Assembly (NCBI GenBank): GCA_021812145.1
Contig: JAKAOM010000002.1
Span: 13,687-77,686, forward strand
Length of the DNA: 64,000 bases
Direction: 5' to 3'
Source: Candidatus Micrarchaeota archaeon
Lineage (GTDB): Archaea > Micrarchaeota > Micrarchaeia > Norongarragalinales > UBA8480
The translations under genes were made by a program, and so were the position numbers. The notes below the pieces were generated by a model that saw only the letters and a program-made list of their open reading frames with translations, was not told the origin of the DNA and searched no databases. Below, piece after piece: positions 1 through 9,429 of the stretch (position 1 is the first letter of the stretch; every line of letters starts with the position of its first letter).

Positions 1-3000
1 TCACAGTAACGTATATCTGCTTTACAATCTGGTTGCTTCCCTGCAATGCTATTGTTATTGCTCCAGAATATGTTTTGTCAGGCAGACATATTCCATCAAC
101 CACGTCTGTAGCGGTTAGTTTTAGCTGGTTTGGATTGGTAGGGCTTAAATCTGGAAATAGAGGAGGGTTTTTGGCTTGAAGACTGTCGATAGTGAAGAAG
201 TTTGTAAGAGTACCGTCAATGCTTTGAATGTAAGTGGCCAAACCGTTAGAATCCGACTGACCTGCAGGGTGAAGCGTGGAATCAGCATAGTTTGTAAGCG
301 TAAGCTCTTGGGACTGACTTCTCTGATCTGAAGCCAAAGTGAAATTCACCTGGTTTATTGGGCTTACGGGCTTGTTGTTGAAAGAAACGCCAACGCTGTT
401 AGGAGGGGAAACTTGAACCACACCGCCAACCCCGCAAGGAAGTATTGAAACCACTGCTGAACTGTCCGCGCTTACAATCCAATTCCCACTTTTGTCTTGC
501 TGCTCCTGATAATTGCTTTTAAAAATAACTTTTGTCGCCTGCATAATTGGAATCGAACCACTGGTAACATTCAAAGTTGAGCAAGTCCCAAAATCGTAGG
601 TTCCAGCGCCTGTTCGTGTTATCGCCGGAAAGTTGAAGTAAAGAGGAGAAGGGAGAATAGTGGTGAAGTATTTCAAACTCTCGTCAACGTCAGTGCACTC
701 CTTTATTTGAATCTTCCCTTGAACTTGATAACCACCGCTTACCTGCTCGGCGTTTTCAAGTATAACTTCCTTCGCTGCTGGAAGAGTGTCGCTTAGCTTC
801 AACCCTGGATTTATTTGAGCGTTGAAAACTTTCAGCTGAGCGCATTTTGGAAAAGTTATGTCAAAACCACCGTTTGTTGGAACCGCACTTCCCGAATTTT
901 CTGAAACACCGCCAACCATAACTTTGCCATAAGCAGAATAGTCAAAAGTAAGAGACGTAAGCAGGTTTGAGGAAGAGGTGAATTTTATGGTCGAGCCAGC
1001 AGGCACGAGATAACCATTTTGAACATAGTTGAAAGGCTGAACCGTACTACTAAATCCAAACTGGTTCACCAAATTTGGGTTATAGTAATTAGAGTAAGTG
1101 TTTGTTAGTTGAGTTGAAGTCACTCCCGCCTGAGTTGCAAACGGAGTGTAGGAGCTTCCGAAGAACTGATTGTAATTCAAGTTTTGATTCGATTCCGACT
1201 GGCTTCCGGAAGGCAGTATTAGAGTGCCGCTGTCCGTAGTCAAACTAACGCTCCCGTCACCGTTGGTTATAGTTTTAGCGCTTCCAACGCTTATCAAAAC
1301 AGGCATAGGGTAAGTCACGTCGGTTTCAGTGCTTGAAGTTGAAACAAGATTTGGAGGCAATTCCACTCCCGTACCGGCAGGAACTGAAACAAAGTTCTGC
1401 TGAATTCCACTCCCAAACTGGAATATTATCAAACCCTGAGGTGTTAAAACCGGAACAGAGCCGTCCTGCTGGCTTTGCTGACCGCTCGTGCTTCCAGGCG
1501 GAAGCATGAAAACCGCTGCAAAAGGCAGTTTGACAACCAAACCACCTGCAATCTGGCAGGTTCCATAGCTTTGAATGGTTGAAGAAAGAGTCACTGGAAG
1601 AGCCTGGCTTGACACTCCTTCAGCGCTAGCGTAAAAATTAACCGTTCCAGTTTCAGGCGCTTGAGACACCACGCATTGAAGCTGCTGGTACTCCCATGGA
1701 AGATAGGCAGTCACAGAAAACGTTTGAGAACCCCCTGCAGGGATTGTAGCTGAAAGCGGGGACACCTGAAAATCTCCGCTTGAAGTTTGAGAATTTACTA
1801 AAACAGGGAATGGAGCGTTGTTTGTTATTATTTCATTTTGGCTGCTGCTTGGCTGCATTGGAAGTATGACCTGAAAAGTCAGGGCTGAAGCGCTTAAAGA
1901 AACCGCCTGCTGGATGCTGGTTTGAGTGTAGCTTGTTTGCACGGTGAACGGCAATTGAATTGTTTGAGTGTACCCCCCTGTCCTTGCTATCACATTTACA
2001 TATCCTTTGACGCTCTCGCTCAGAGTTTTTGTCTGAAGCGCGGCCAACTGAACTGCGCTTGAAACAGCCGCCTGAAGAGAATTGGTGAAACTACCCAAAG
2101 GTTGGACGGTAGCTGATGAAGAAGTGGTTGAAACCACTGTGTATTGAGGGCTGAAAGCAACTGTTTGGAAGGTTAGAAAAGTGTTCTGGTTCAAGAGGTT
2201 TTGAGTTTGAAAATCAACGGTTGAAAAATTAAGAGAGTTAACCGACAGACTAAGAGTGGTTGGAGTAACAGCTATTATATTATCCACCCCTACGTTTATA
2301 GAACTTGAATATGTTTTATATCCAGGGGAGGTTATTTTGAAGTAAAGCAAGCCTGGAGCATTAGGAGTGATGGTTGCAGTGTAAACCCCGTTAGCATAAA
2401 CCGCCTGCGTGGGATTGTCCAAAACACCAGTAAGCTCAACATCCGCGTTTGAAACCGCCAATCCATTGGAATCAGTAACAGTGAAATTAATGGTTGATTG
2501 ATCCAAAGCTTTAAGGTTTGTTGGAGCGTATGAAACTTGAAGGTTGTAGTTTGATGCGATAACCCTAACACCAAGCTGGGTAGAGTAGCTTCCAGCGCTT
2601 ACGCTTATCAAACCGTTGTTTACCGGACTTAACGCTTTTATCAATACAAAACCGCTTCCGTTTGAGTTAAAACTCAAAGTGTTGTCTTGTGCTGGAACGG
2701 TCTGACCGTTCTGAACCGCCTGAACCAGCTGAAGACCTGAACTGTTCGTTTGAATTAAAACAGGTGTTGAACTGTTTGATAAAATATTATAGTTAAGCTT
2801 GAATGTTTCAGGAGTCAATGCCTGAAAACCATTTAATCCACTTCCAAGCACTCCAGAAAAATAGAATTGAACGCACATTCCATCAACGCAATTCCCCTGG
2901 AAGGTTATAGGTATTGACTGAGAGTTAAAGCCAGATGAAGGCGTGTTAAAAGTGTTGTTTCCGAAAGTATAGGAGTCGCTCCATTGAAGGTTCAGCGAAG

Positions 3001-5095
3001 CATTGCTCACACTGTTTGTTTGAACGAAAACGTCAAACTCCTGACTGCCTGTGAACTGGCTAACGTTGTATGAAACCCACTTAAGCTCGTTGCTGGCGTT
3101 GTTAGAATTCAAGCTGCTTCCGCTTGAAGGGTTTCCTGAAAAACTAGAAATGTACGCCGGGTCGGTTGAAATATCCTCAGAACCACCAACTTGAACGTAA
3201 ACGCTAGCAGTTGAAAAATTAAGAGTAGGCGCGTTTAATATGAACCTGGCCTCGTAGTTCGTGTTTGGAGACAGCGAATTTACCTTCACCCCGTTTTCAT
3301 ACAATCCTAAGAATTCAAGCTGAAGCGATTGGGAGAAAGAGTTTGGAATTAATACAAATGAATTGTTAGAACTCACCCCTGCCTGAAGTGTAACGCTAGA
3401 GGTTAAAGACTGATAGTTGGGGGAGGTGAGAGTTATTGATTGAACTCCTGAAGGCAGGCTTAGAATGCAGGAGCCTATTGTAGTGTAGCATGAAACTCCT
3501 GAACTTGAAGCGTTGAAAGTGCTTATTGGATTTCCAGTCACGAAGTCTGAAGCAGTTATATTAACCGCCGTGGGCGCTGCGGTAAGATTTATCGCAACGC
3601 TCGTTAAGTTTGAAGAGTTTGTTACGACTGCTGAAGCGTTTCCAGCCAACCCTTGACCGCTGGCTTGAACGTTCAAGCTTCCAAGAGGAATATACTGGAA
3701 GATGGTTGAACCGTCAGGCCCTGTGTTCTGGCTTGGAATTCCCAAAGGTTGATTCAAATTGTTTAAAAGCTCAACGCTAACCCCTGCAACCGGATTCCCT
3801 CCTTGAGTTGTCTGAACTTGAAGCCCTCCGGAGTTAAATGAGTTTGCCGACTGCAGTATGATAGTTCCAACTCCGGCTGAAGTTACTGTTTTCATTGCAG
3901 GAAGATATCCCTGTGCAAACGCGGTGACCTGGCAGGTAGTGCCTATAGGAACGTTGAAACTGTCCACCCCGTTTGAAGGGGTGTCCTGCGCGAATAAAGC
4001 GCCATTGCAATAAACGTTTACAAGCGGGCTTTGAATATTGTTTCCATTCACGTCAACCACGTTAACCCCAATATTTTGCGAGTTTTGAGTTGACAAAGGA
4101 TCCAAATATATTGTGGAGGTTACCCCGTTTTCAGTTATATTATATGTTGATGAGGTTCTTGACAGGAAACCTGGAGCGCTAGCGCTTAGGTAAACCGAAT
4201 CGCCAACGTTGACTTGAATCGCATTAGTCGACCCGTCAGCGCTTCCATTTGTGGATAGCGTTCCCAAAATTTTGTTGGTTGAAGCCTCAACCACGTTAAC
4301 CACAGCGTTTGTTATAGGAGAGTTTGGCGGAACGTCTTGTTCAACAATAGCACTTACTGGCCCAGTTATGGCCTGGCCGAATTGGAACATTCTAATTGTA
4401 AAGGTAGAAGAATCCTGAGCTCTTTCAACATAGCTTTGATACCCCCTCCAGCCTGGAGCGCTGGCAGTTAGAGAATAATTAACACCAGGAGTAAGCTGAA
4501 AAGTATAGGAGGGATTTGCAACCTCACTGTCCACTTGAGTTCCGTTGACGAGCAGCGTGACATTAGCCTGCGCAGGCCCTTGAACTAAAACAGGCAGGCT
4601 CACTGTTGAAAGAGTCAGAGGAGTTAGAGGCACAACCACTCCAGTTCCATTCGAAATAAAAGTCGTTTGCGTCGAGCCAGGCGAGTAGCTTGAACTGCTG
4701 ACGCTTACCGTAACATTCGCGCCTATAGGAATTCCGCTAAAGCTTGCCACGCCGTTTTGATCCGTAACGCTGCTGAATGATAAGAAAGTTCCGTTAACTG
4801 AAGTAAATGATATTGACGCCAAAGACCCGTTTACAGCCTGATTAGAAGGACCTTGCACTGTTACTGTAAAAACACCAACTTGCGGCGCAGTAAAATTTAC
4901 TATAAGTAGAAAAATTCCAACAATTATGGCAAAGATAAGTACCACAAAAAAAGGCAATGGAGGAATTCCCCGCGATTCTAGAAAATCGCTCGCCTTTCTT
5001 ATAGGTAGCCCTTTCTCGTCGCTCCAGTCAAGAAAATCTTCCCATTTTTCTCCGGCACTTGTGAAGAAATTATCTATGAATTCAGGCAACGGCAA
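1..5095 (-). CDS. Giant cell-surface protein (5' end at 5095; 3' end beyond left window edge; at least ~1698 codons)
   Basis: Hand translation gives an uninterrupted minus-strand frame from TTG 5095-5093 (first codon after in-frame TAA 5098-5096) to position 2. It is absent from the ORF track because it has no stop in the window. The N-terminus LPLPEFIDNFFTSAGEKWEDF...GIPPLPFFVVLIFAIIVGIFLLIV has one TM helix. More than 1600 aa of N/S/T/G/V-rich beta-sandwich-like repeats follow (e.g. VTVQGPSNQAVNGSLASISFTSVNG..DQNGVASFSGIPIGANVTVSV). There are many N-x-S/T sequons and very few charged residues. Confidence 0.8.
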   Translation of the reverse strand, partial: MPLPEFIDNFFTSAGEKWEDFLDWSDEKGLPIRKASDFLESRGIPPLPFFVVLIFAIIVGIFLLIVNFTAPQVGVFTVTVQGPSNQAVNGSLASISFTSVNGTFLSFSSVTDQNGVASFSGIPIGANVTVSVSSSSYSPGSTQTTFISNGTGVVVPLTPLTLSTVSLPVLVQGPAQANVTLLVNGTQVDSEVANPSYTFQLTPGVNYSLTASAPGWRGYQSYVERAQDSSTFTIRMFQFGQAITGPVSAIVEQDVPPNSPITNAVVNVVEASTNKILGTLSTNGSADGSTNAIQVNVGDSVYLSASAPGFLSRTSSTYNITENGVTSTIYLDPLSTQNSQNIGVNVVDVNGNNIQSPLVNVYCNGALFAQDTPSNGVDSFNVPIGTTCQVTAFAQGYLPAMKTVTSAGVGTIILQSANSFNSGGLQVQTTQGGNPVAGVSVELLNNLNQPLGIPSQNTGPDGSTIFQYIPLGSLNVQASGQGLAGNASAVVTNSSNLTSVAINLTAAPTAVNITASDFVTGNPISTFNASSSGVSCYTTIGSCILSLPSGVQSITLTSPNYQSLTSSVTLQAGVSSNNSFVLIPNSFSQSLQLEFLGLYENGVKVNSLSPNTNYEARFILNAPTLNFSTASVYVQVGGSEDISTDPAYISSFSGNPSSGSSLNSNNASNELKWVSYNVSQFTGSQEFDVFVQTNSVSNASLNLQWSDSYTFGNNTFNTPSSGFNSQSIPITFQGNCVDGMCVQFYFSGVLGSGLNGFQALTPETFKLNYNILSNSSTPVLIQTNSSGLQLVQAVQNGQTVPAQDNTLSFNSNGSGFVLIKALSPVNNGLISVSAGSYSTQLGVRVIASNYNLQVSYAPTNLKALDQSTINFTVTDSNGLAVSNADVELTGVLDNPTQAVYANGVYTATITPNAPGLLYFKITSPGYKTYSSSINVGVDNIIAVTPTTLSLSVNSLNFSTVDFQTQNLLNQNTFLTFQTVAFSPQYTVVSTTSSSATVQPLGSFTNSLQAAVSSAVQLAALQTKTLSESVKGYVNVIARTGGYTQTIQLPFTVQTSYTQTSIQQAVSLSASALTFQVILPMQPSSSQNEIITNNAPFPVLVNSQTSSGDFQVSPLSATIPAGGSQTFSVTAYLPWEYQQLQCVVSQAPETGTVNFYASAEGVSSQALPVTLSSTIQSYGTCQIAGGLVVKLPFAAVFMLPPGSTSGQQSQQDGSVPVLTPQGLIIFQFGSGIQQNFVSVPAGTGVELPPNLVSTSSTETDVTYPMPVLISVGSAKTITNGDGSVSLTTDSGTLILPSGSQSESNQNLNYNQFFGSSYTPFATQAGVTSTQLTNTYSNYYNPNLVNQFGFSSTVQPFNYVQNGYLVPAGSTIKFTSSSNLLTSLTFDYSAYGKVMVGGVSENSGSAVPTNGGFDITFPKCAQLKVFNAQINPGLKLSDTLPAAKEVILENAEQVSGGYQVQGKIQIKECTDVDESLKYFTTILPSPLYFNFPAITRTGAGTYDFGTCSTLNVTSGSIPIMQATKVIFKSNYQEQQDKSGNWIVSADSSAVVSILPCGVGGVVQVSPPNSVGVSFNNKPVSPINQVNFTLASDQRSQSQELTLTNYADSTLHPAGQSDSNGLATYIQSIDGTLTNFFTIDSLQAKNPPLFPDLSPTNPNQLKLTATDVVDGICLPDKTYSGAITIALQGSNQIVKQIYVTV

Positions 5096-5287
5096 TTAAA
5101 ATCACTAGGTTATCTACAAGTTTAAAAGTTTAAAATCCTTTTCTTTAATCTAAATTTTTGCATTAATTGTCTGCAAGCAATTCCACCGGTAGGTAATCAT
5201 TATTTATAGTTAAAAGTAGACTAGGCTGGCAACGCTGGCTACTTGGGGGGCTAATGTTTATAAATTAAAAAAAAACAAAGATTTTCC

Positions 5288-6865
5288 ATGCTTGAATGGA
5301 ATGAAATTTTAGAGTTAAGGGCTGAAAGCGCGGGAATAAGACTAAACAACGGCTTCAGGCAAGCCTTGAATTTGATGGAAAAAACAAACAAAAATGTTTT
5401 CATCACAGGAAAAGCGGGCACTGGAAAATCCACTCTTCTTCAACTATTCGCCGGAATAACCAGTAAGAAAATAGTAGTTCTTGCTCCAACAGGTGTGGCT
5501 GCTTTAAACGTAAAAGGGCAGACTATACACTCTTTTTTCGGATTCAAACCCGACGTAACCCTTGATTCAATAGGAAGGGTTTCAAAAGAAAAAAGGGAAT
5601 TATACAAAAATCTTGACATGATCGTAATCGACGAGGTTTCGATGGTAAGGGCAGACCTGCTGGACTGCGTAGATAAATTCATGAAAATCAACGGTAAGAA
5701 AAGAACAATTCCATTCGGAGGAACCCAGATGATTTTAATAGGAGATCTTTATCAGCTTCCTCCAGTGGTTAGTAAAGGAGAGGGAGGCATGTTCAGGGAG
5801 TATTACAAAAGCGAGTATTTTTTCGACGCCGAAGCTTTCAGAAAATTCAAAGCCGAATTTATAGAGCTTGAAGAGAACTACCGCCAGGAAGACGAAAGAT
5901 TTTTGAAAATTTTAAACGACATAAGAGGCAACACTGTTTCAGACGAGGAGTTGAAAGAGCTTAACAAAAGGGTAGATCCGGATTTCAAACCTCCTTCTGA
6001 AGATGGCTATGTTACGCTGGTTCCCACAAACGCGCTGGCTGAAAAAATAAACAACGATAATTTAAACTCGCTTCCAGGCAACGAGCAGGTATTCAACGCT
6101 ATTTTAAATGGGGATTTCAAAAAAAACGAATTGCCTGCAAAAGAAAAAATATTCTTGAAAAAAGGGGTTCAAGTCATGCTTTTGAACAACGACGAGGCGA
6201 AAAGATGGGTCAATGGCAGCGTGGGAGTGGTTAATTCAATCAACACTGAAAGAGATTCTGTTACGATTAACCTTCTTGAAGGAAGCGAAGTTGAAGTTGA
6301 ACCCCACACGTGGAAGCTTTTCAAATTTTCATACGACTCCAAAGCAAAAAAACTTGTGAGCAGCGTTTCAGGCCGGTTCACCCAATATCCAATAGCTTTG
6401 GCCTGGGCTTTGACAATTCACAAAAGCCAGGGAAAAACATTTGACAAGGTCGTCATAGACGTGGGCAACGGAATGTTCGCCAACGGACAGCTTTACGTAG
6501 CCTTGAGCAGATGCAGAAGCTTGAAGGGGATTATATTGAAGAAAGGAATTGAAAAAAACCACGTTTTTTCCGACTGGAGAGTTGTCAAGTTTCTCACAGA
6601 TTACCAGTATGGAAAATCTAACGAGAAGATGAGCGTGGAAGATAAAATTGCACTGATTAAAAAAGCGATAGAAAAAAGAAGAGAGATTGAAATAGTTTAT
6701 CTAAGACCAAACAATGAAAAATCAAAGAGAATTATATCCCCAATAAAAGTCGGAATGCTCGAATACCTTGGAAAAGAATTCGTGGGGGTTAACGCATTCG
6801 ACTCGAAAAGAATGAAAAGCGTGAACTTCAGGGTCGACAGAATTCTTGAAATGAATACAGTATAG
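5288..6865 (+). CDS. Pif1/RecD-like SF1B DNA helicase with C-terminal WYL-like domain
   Basis: Helicase motifs: Walker A GKAGTGKST, Ia VLAPTGVAALN, II IVIDEVSM, PFGGTQ...LIGDLYQLPPV (Pif1-type), V LTIHKSQGKTFD, VI YVALSRCRS. The last ~60 aa (nt 6680-6862), REIEIVYLRPNNEKSKRIISP..YLG..FVGVNAFDSKRMKSVNFRVDRI, fit the WYL-domain pattern. Confidence 0.8.
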   Translation: MLEWNEILELRAESAGIRLNNGFRQALNLMEKTNKNVFITGKAGTGKSTLLQLFAGITSKKIVVLAPTGVAALNVKGQTIHSFFGFKPDVTLDSIGRVSKEKRELYKNLDMIVIDEVSMVRADLLDCVDKFMKINGKKRTIPFGGTQMILIGDLYQLPPVVSKGEGGMFREYYKSEYFFDAEAFRKFKAEFIELEENYRQEDERFLKILNDIRGNTVSDEELKELNKRVDPDFKPPSEDGYVTLVPTNALAEKINNDNLNSLPGNEQVFNAILNGDFKKNELPAKEKIFLKKGVQVMLLNNDEAKRWVNGSVGVVNSINTERDSVTINLLEGSEVEVEPHTWKLFKFSYDSKAKKLVSSVSGRFTQYPIALAWALTIHKSQGKTFDKVVIDVGNGMFANGQLYVALSRCRSLKGIILKKGIEKNHVFSDWRVVKFLTDYQYGKSNEKMSVEDKIALIKKAIEKRREIEIVYLRPNNEKSKRIISPIKVGMLEYLGKEFVGVNAFDSKRMKSVNFRVDRILEMNTV

Positions 6866-6937
6866 TGGACTCGGCGGGATTTGAACCCGCAGCCTCATCG
6901 TTGCGAACGATGCGATCTACCGTTGATCTACGAGCCC
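6866..6937 (-). tRNA. tRNA-Ala (anticodon CGC), intron-less, no encoded CCA
   Basis: Minus strand reads GGGCTCG TA GATC AACGGTA GATC G CATCG TTCGCAA CGATG AGGCT GCGGG TTCAAAT CCCGC CGAGTCC A. All four stems pair and the G3:U70 alanine identity pair is present. The 3' end abuts the helicase stop codon. Confidence 0.9.
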
Positions 6938-7301
6938 TTCAATGCTTTTAATGACGCAATTGTTTATTATTATTTTTGTTGAAATGAAAAAATATATGAA
7001 CAAAATTTTTCGTTTAAACTCCGCAAAATTTAGGTTAGAATGAAAAAGTTAATAATTACGGCAAATAATAAAACGATAAATGGCTAGAACTAAAGGCAAA
7101 GCAAAGGCGCTTCCATGCCATTCCCTAAGCGAATGCTTAGCTACGTGATTTTGGTAATTATCGTCATAAATGTTCTAACCTACTAAATTTTTTACAAAGT
7201 TTCGCTCGGATTCGTCGCCTCAGTTAACATTATTGAAATAATAGCACTTGCAGCTGCGCTAGCTTTTTGGACGCCAAAATACAATCTTGAATGGTGAATT
7301 A

Positions 7302-7934
7302 TTACAAATTCGCGTATTCTTCAAGTTCATCCTCAGTTATACTGCATCCAGCATATTTAAGGGCTTGAAGCGCCGCGTTGAAAACTTTCTTCGGGTTCTT
7401 GAATTCTTGGAGATAACCCTTTCTAAATGCAAAGTAAAGCAGTTCAGTAGATCTAAGGATTTGAATCTTTAAAAAATCTGGCTTGTGGAACACCATCTTC
7501 TCACCGTACTCCTTCTCCATTTCTACAAGAAGCAGTTCAGGATTTTCGAAAAGAAGGCGAGTGGTTTTCTCGTCCACAGCAAACGCATCAAAACTGAATT
7601 TTTTGTAAACGGATATGCACGATACCTCTCCTTCCTGTACAATAGTTAGGTTTCTCCCTTCTATTTCAAAAGTCGAGTTTAGCTTTTCAGCAAGACTTCG
7701 GGTTTCCTGCCAGTCCTCCTCCACTTCTTTTATCACCCGGTCTTCGAAGCATTTTTCAAGCCTAAGCGCACCGTACTCGTATCTTTTTATTCTTTCAGGA
7801 TTTTCTATTATCTCCTTTTTAACGCTTTTAGTTATGTAGAACTCGACGCTGTTTTCAGCAAGAAGATAAAGCACTTCCAAATTGCAGGTTTCCGCAAGAG
7901 ATATGAGCGTGCTTGAATCGCATATAATCTTCAT
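7302..7934 (-). CDS. PIN-like (DUF3368-type) nuclease-domain protein with C-terminal extension; putative toxin
   Basis: The N-terminus MKIICDSSTLISLAETCNLEVLYLL...ITKSVKKEI matches the PIN/DUF3368 pattern (hhhDsSpLIsLa..g.L.lL). A later acidic motif is FAVDEKTTRLL. It lies 6 nt downstream of its partner ORF. Confidence 0.55.
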   Translation of the reverse strand: MKIICDSSTLISLAETCNLEVLYLLAENSVEFYITKSVKKEIIENPERIKRYEYGALRLEKCFEDRVIKEVEEDWQETRSLAEKLNSTFEIEGRNLTIVQEGEVSCISVYKKFSFDAFAVDEKTTRLLFENPELLLVEMEKEYGEKMVFHKPDFLKIQILRSTELLYFAFRKGYLQEFKNPKKVFNAALQALKYAGCSITEDELEEYANL

Positions 7935-7940
7935 TTTAAA

Positions 7941-8471
7941 TCACTGGAAAAATTTTTCAAGGTTGGCAAGCCTTTCCTTGACGCTTGAACGGTATTTTTG
8001 ATGTATCTTTGTTTCACCAATGTAGGATTGGAGTTCTATTCTTTCCGCTCCAGTCAGCTGAACCGCCACCCCTATCGAAGCGCCATGGGCGTACATCTGA
8101 GTCGCGGTTTTTATCCTTGCTTTCTGCACAGCGTCCTGCATGAATCTTCCGAAATTTCTGCTCAGTTTTTCTATTTCAGCTATAACAAAATTGAGATTTT
8201 CATCAGAGGGCTGACGCAGTTTATCTTTTAGTTCAACGTACGCTTCCTTCCAAACATCTGTTTTTGCTATTCTGGGCTTTTCCATTATCTTCGCAAGCGC
8301 ATAAGCAATTATACTTGTTTTCGCTTCTAGCGAGTCGCTTTTTACCAACGCTTCAGCAGCTGATTTTTCTGCAATCTCCTTCATCTGCAACGTATCGTTT
8401 TTTTCAAAAGCTTTCAGAAGCGCTTCTATCATAATTAGTGTTTGAACGACAAGGTTTAAGAGGTTAACCAA
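7941..8471 (-). CDS. Hypothetical helical protein, C-terminal UPF0175-like HTH; putative antitoxin partner of the PIN-like gene
   Basis: The segment TATQMYAHGASIGVAVQLTGAERIELQSYIG resembles UPF0175 antitoxins, which typically pair with DUF3368 PIN toxins. The real start may be the internal Met (MIEALLKAF, nt 8432), because the track start is only 14 nt from the divergent GGDEF start. Confidence 0.4.
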   Translation of the reverse strand: MVNLLNLVVQTLIMIEALLKAFEKNDTLQMKEIAEKSAAEALVKSDSLEAKTSIIAYALAKIMEKPRIAKTDVWKEAYVELKDKLRQPSDENLNFVIAEIEKLSRNFGRFMQDAVQKARIKTATQMYAHGASIGVAVQLTGAERIELQSYIGETKIHQKYRSSVKERLANLEKFFQ

Positions 8472-8485
8472 TTCAAATTTTATTC

Positions 8486-9244
8486 ATGAGCGATCACTAC
8501 AAGATTCCTGAAGATAGAAAGATAAGAGAAAAAAGACTGGATTTATTTGATTTACATGAAAACGAGATTAAAAAACTTAAGGAGAGCGGCAAAATAAATT
8601 TTAACGATTACGATAAACTTATGCGAACCATTACAGATGCAAGGGAAGAATATGAAAAACTACATTACGAACATCTGTTCGGAAGAAAATACCCGCAACT
8701 TTACACCCCGACTTTTCTGAAGCAAAATCTTGACCGGCACTTGAATGAAATAGCAGTTCAAAAAGGATGGAGAAAAGGGCAGTTGAACATGTTTAAAAAT
8801 GACGAGTCACACGCAGTTATAATGATTGATTTAGATAATTTCAAGAAAGTTAACGATACTTTTGGGCATGTTATTGGAGATATTGTTCTAAACAAAGTAA
8901 ACAGCATAGTAAAAGATGTTGCCGACAAACACAAGGGAATGGCGGCAAAATATGGCGGAGAGGAATTTCAATTATGGTTTCCAAATTCCGACAGAGAAAA
9001 AACAAGAAAGATTTCAGAGGAATTGATTGAAAAAATAAGAAAGGAAATGAAAGAACCACCATCTAAAGAAATATCCAAAAAATGGAAAGGACTTACCGCC
9101 AGCGCTGGTTTTGCAACACATGATATGCTCGCTAATAGAAATGAAAGGCTTACTGCCGAAGGTCTAACACAATTGGCGGATATAGGCCTGCTAAAGGCGA
9201 AAGCAAAAGGCAAAAATAGGGTAATATCGGCTGAAGACAGTTAA
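8486..9244 (+). CDS. GGDEF-domain diguanylate cyclase-like protein with N-terminal coiled-coil region
   Basis: Classic GGDEF core: AVIMIDLDNFKKVNDTFGHVIGDIVLNKV...AAKYGGEEFQLWF (GGEEF at nt 8954-8968)...SAGFA...ADIGLLKAKAKGKNRV. No RxxD I-site lies 5 residues upstream of GGEEF. Confidence 0.8.
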   Translation: MSDHYKIPEDRKIREKRLDLFDLHENEIKKLKESGKINFNDYDKLMRTITDAREEYEKLHYEHLFGRKYPQLYTPTFLKQNLDRHLNEIAVQKGWRKGQLNMFKNDESHAVIMIDLDNFKKVNDTFGHVIGDIVLNKVNSIVKDVADKHKGMAAKYGGEEFQLWFPNSDREKTRKISEELIEKIRKEMKEPPSKEISKKWKGLTASAGFATHDMLANRNERLTAEGLTQLADIGLLKAKAKGKNRVISAEDS

Positions 9245-9318
9245 TCTCAACATAGAAATTATTCAAAAGTTAAAGTTAATGAATAGTGGAAGTAAGCCTC
9301 TAAAATTCAGAGAAAACC

Positions 9319-9394
9319 TTTTAAATAAGTATCATGATATTATCATGACAATACAGTGACGCTGTCATGACTTCATTTTATGAATATCATGATT
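9319..9394 (+). promoter_or_regulatory. TATA-like box plus four phased TCATGA palindromes (putative operator array) upstream of the wHTH gene
   Basis: TTTTAAATAAG lies at 9319-9329. TCATGA occurs at 9332-9337, 9343-9348, 9365-9370 and 9387-9392, with spacings of 11, 22 and 22 nt. The inner pair is embedded in the inverted repeat TCATGACA-N12-TGTCATGA. Confidence 0.45.
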
Positions 9395-9429
9395 GTCGAG
9401 CAATAAAAGGTTTTTGGTGAGTCTGGAAG

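Noticed and set aside
7027-7189. Imperfect inverted repeat (AATTTAGGTTAGAA at 7027-7040 versus TTCTAACCTACTAAATT at 7173-7189, plus inner ATAATTAC/GTAATTAT and a CTAAGC-GAAT-GCTTAG hairpin near 7125-7140) as a possible ncRNA or MITE
   Set aside because: The pairing is short and interrupted in AT-rich DNA. There is no second copy in the window and no match to any RNA family I can recognise, so I have not called it.
6866-7301. tRNA-Ala(CGC) as an integration site for the 5-10 kb island
   Set aside because: There is no duplicated copy of the tRNA 3' half elsewhere in the window (the only GGATTTGAACCC-like strings are the other tRNAs) and no integrase gene.
8471-8486. Divergent start codons only 14 nt apart (8471 minus, 8486 plus) as evidence for an unusual shared promoter
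   Set aside because: It is more simply explained by the minus-strand gene starting at the internal Met (8432), which leaves a 53-nt intergenic region containing a TTTAAG-type element.
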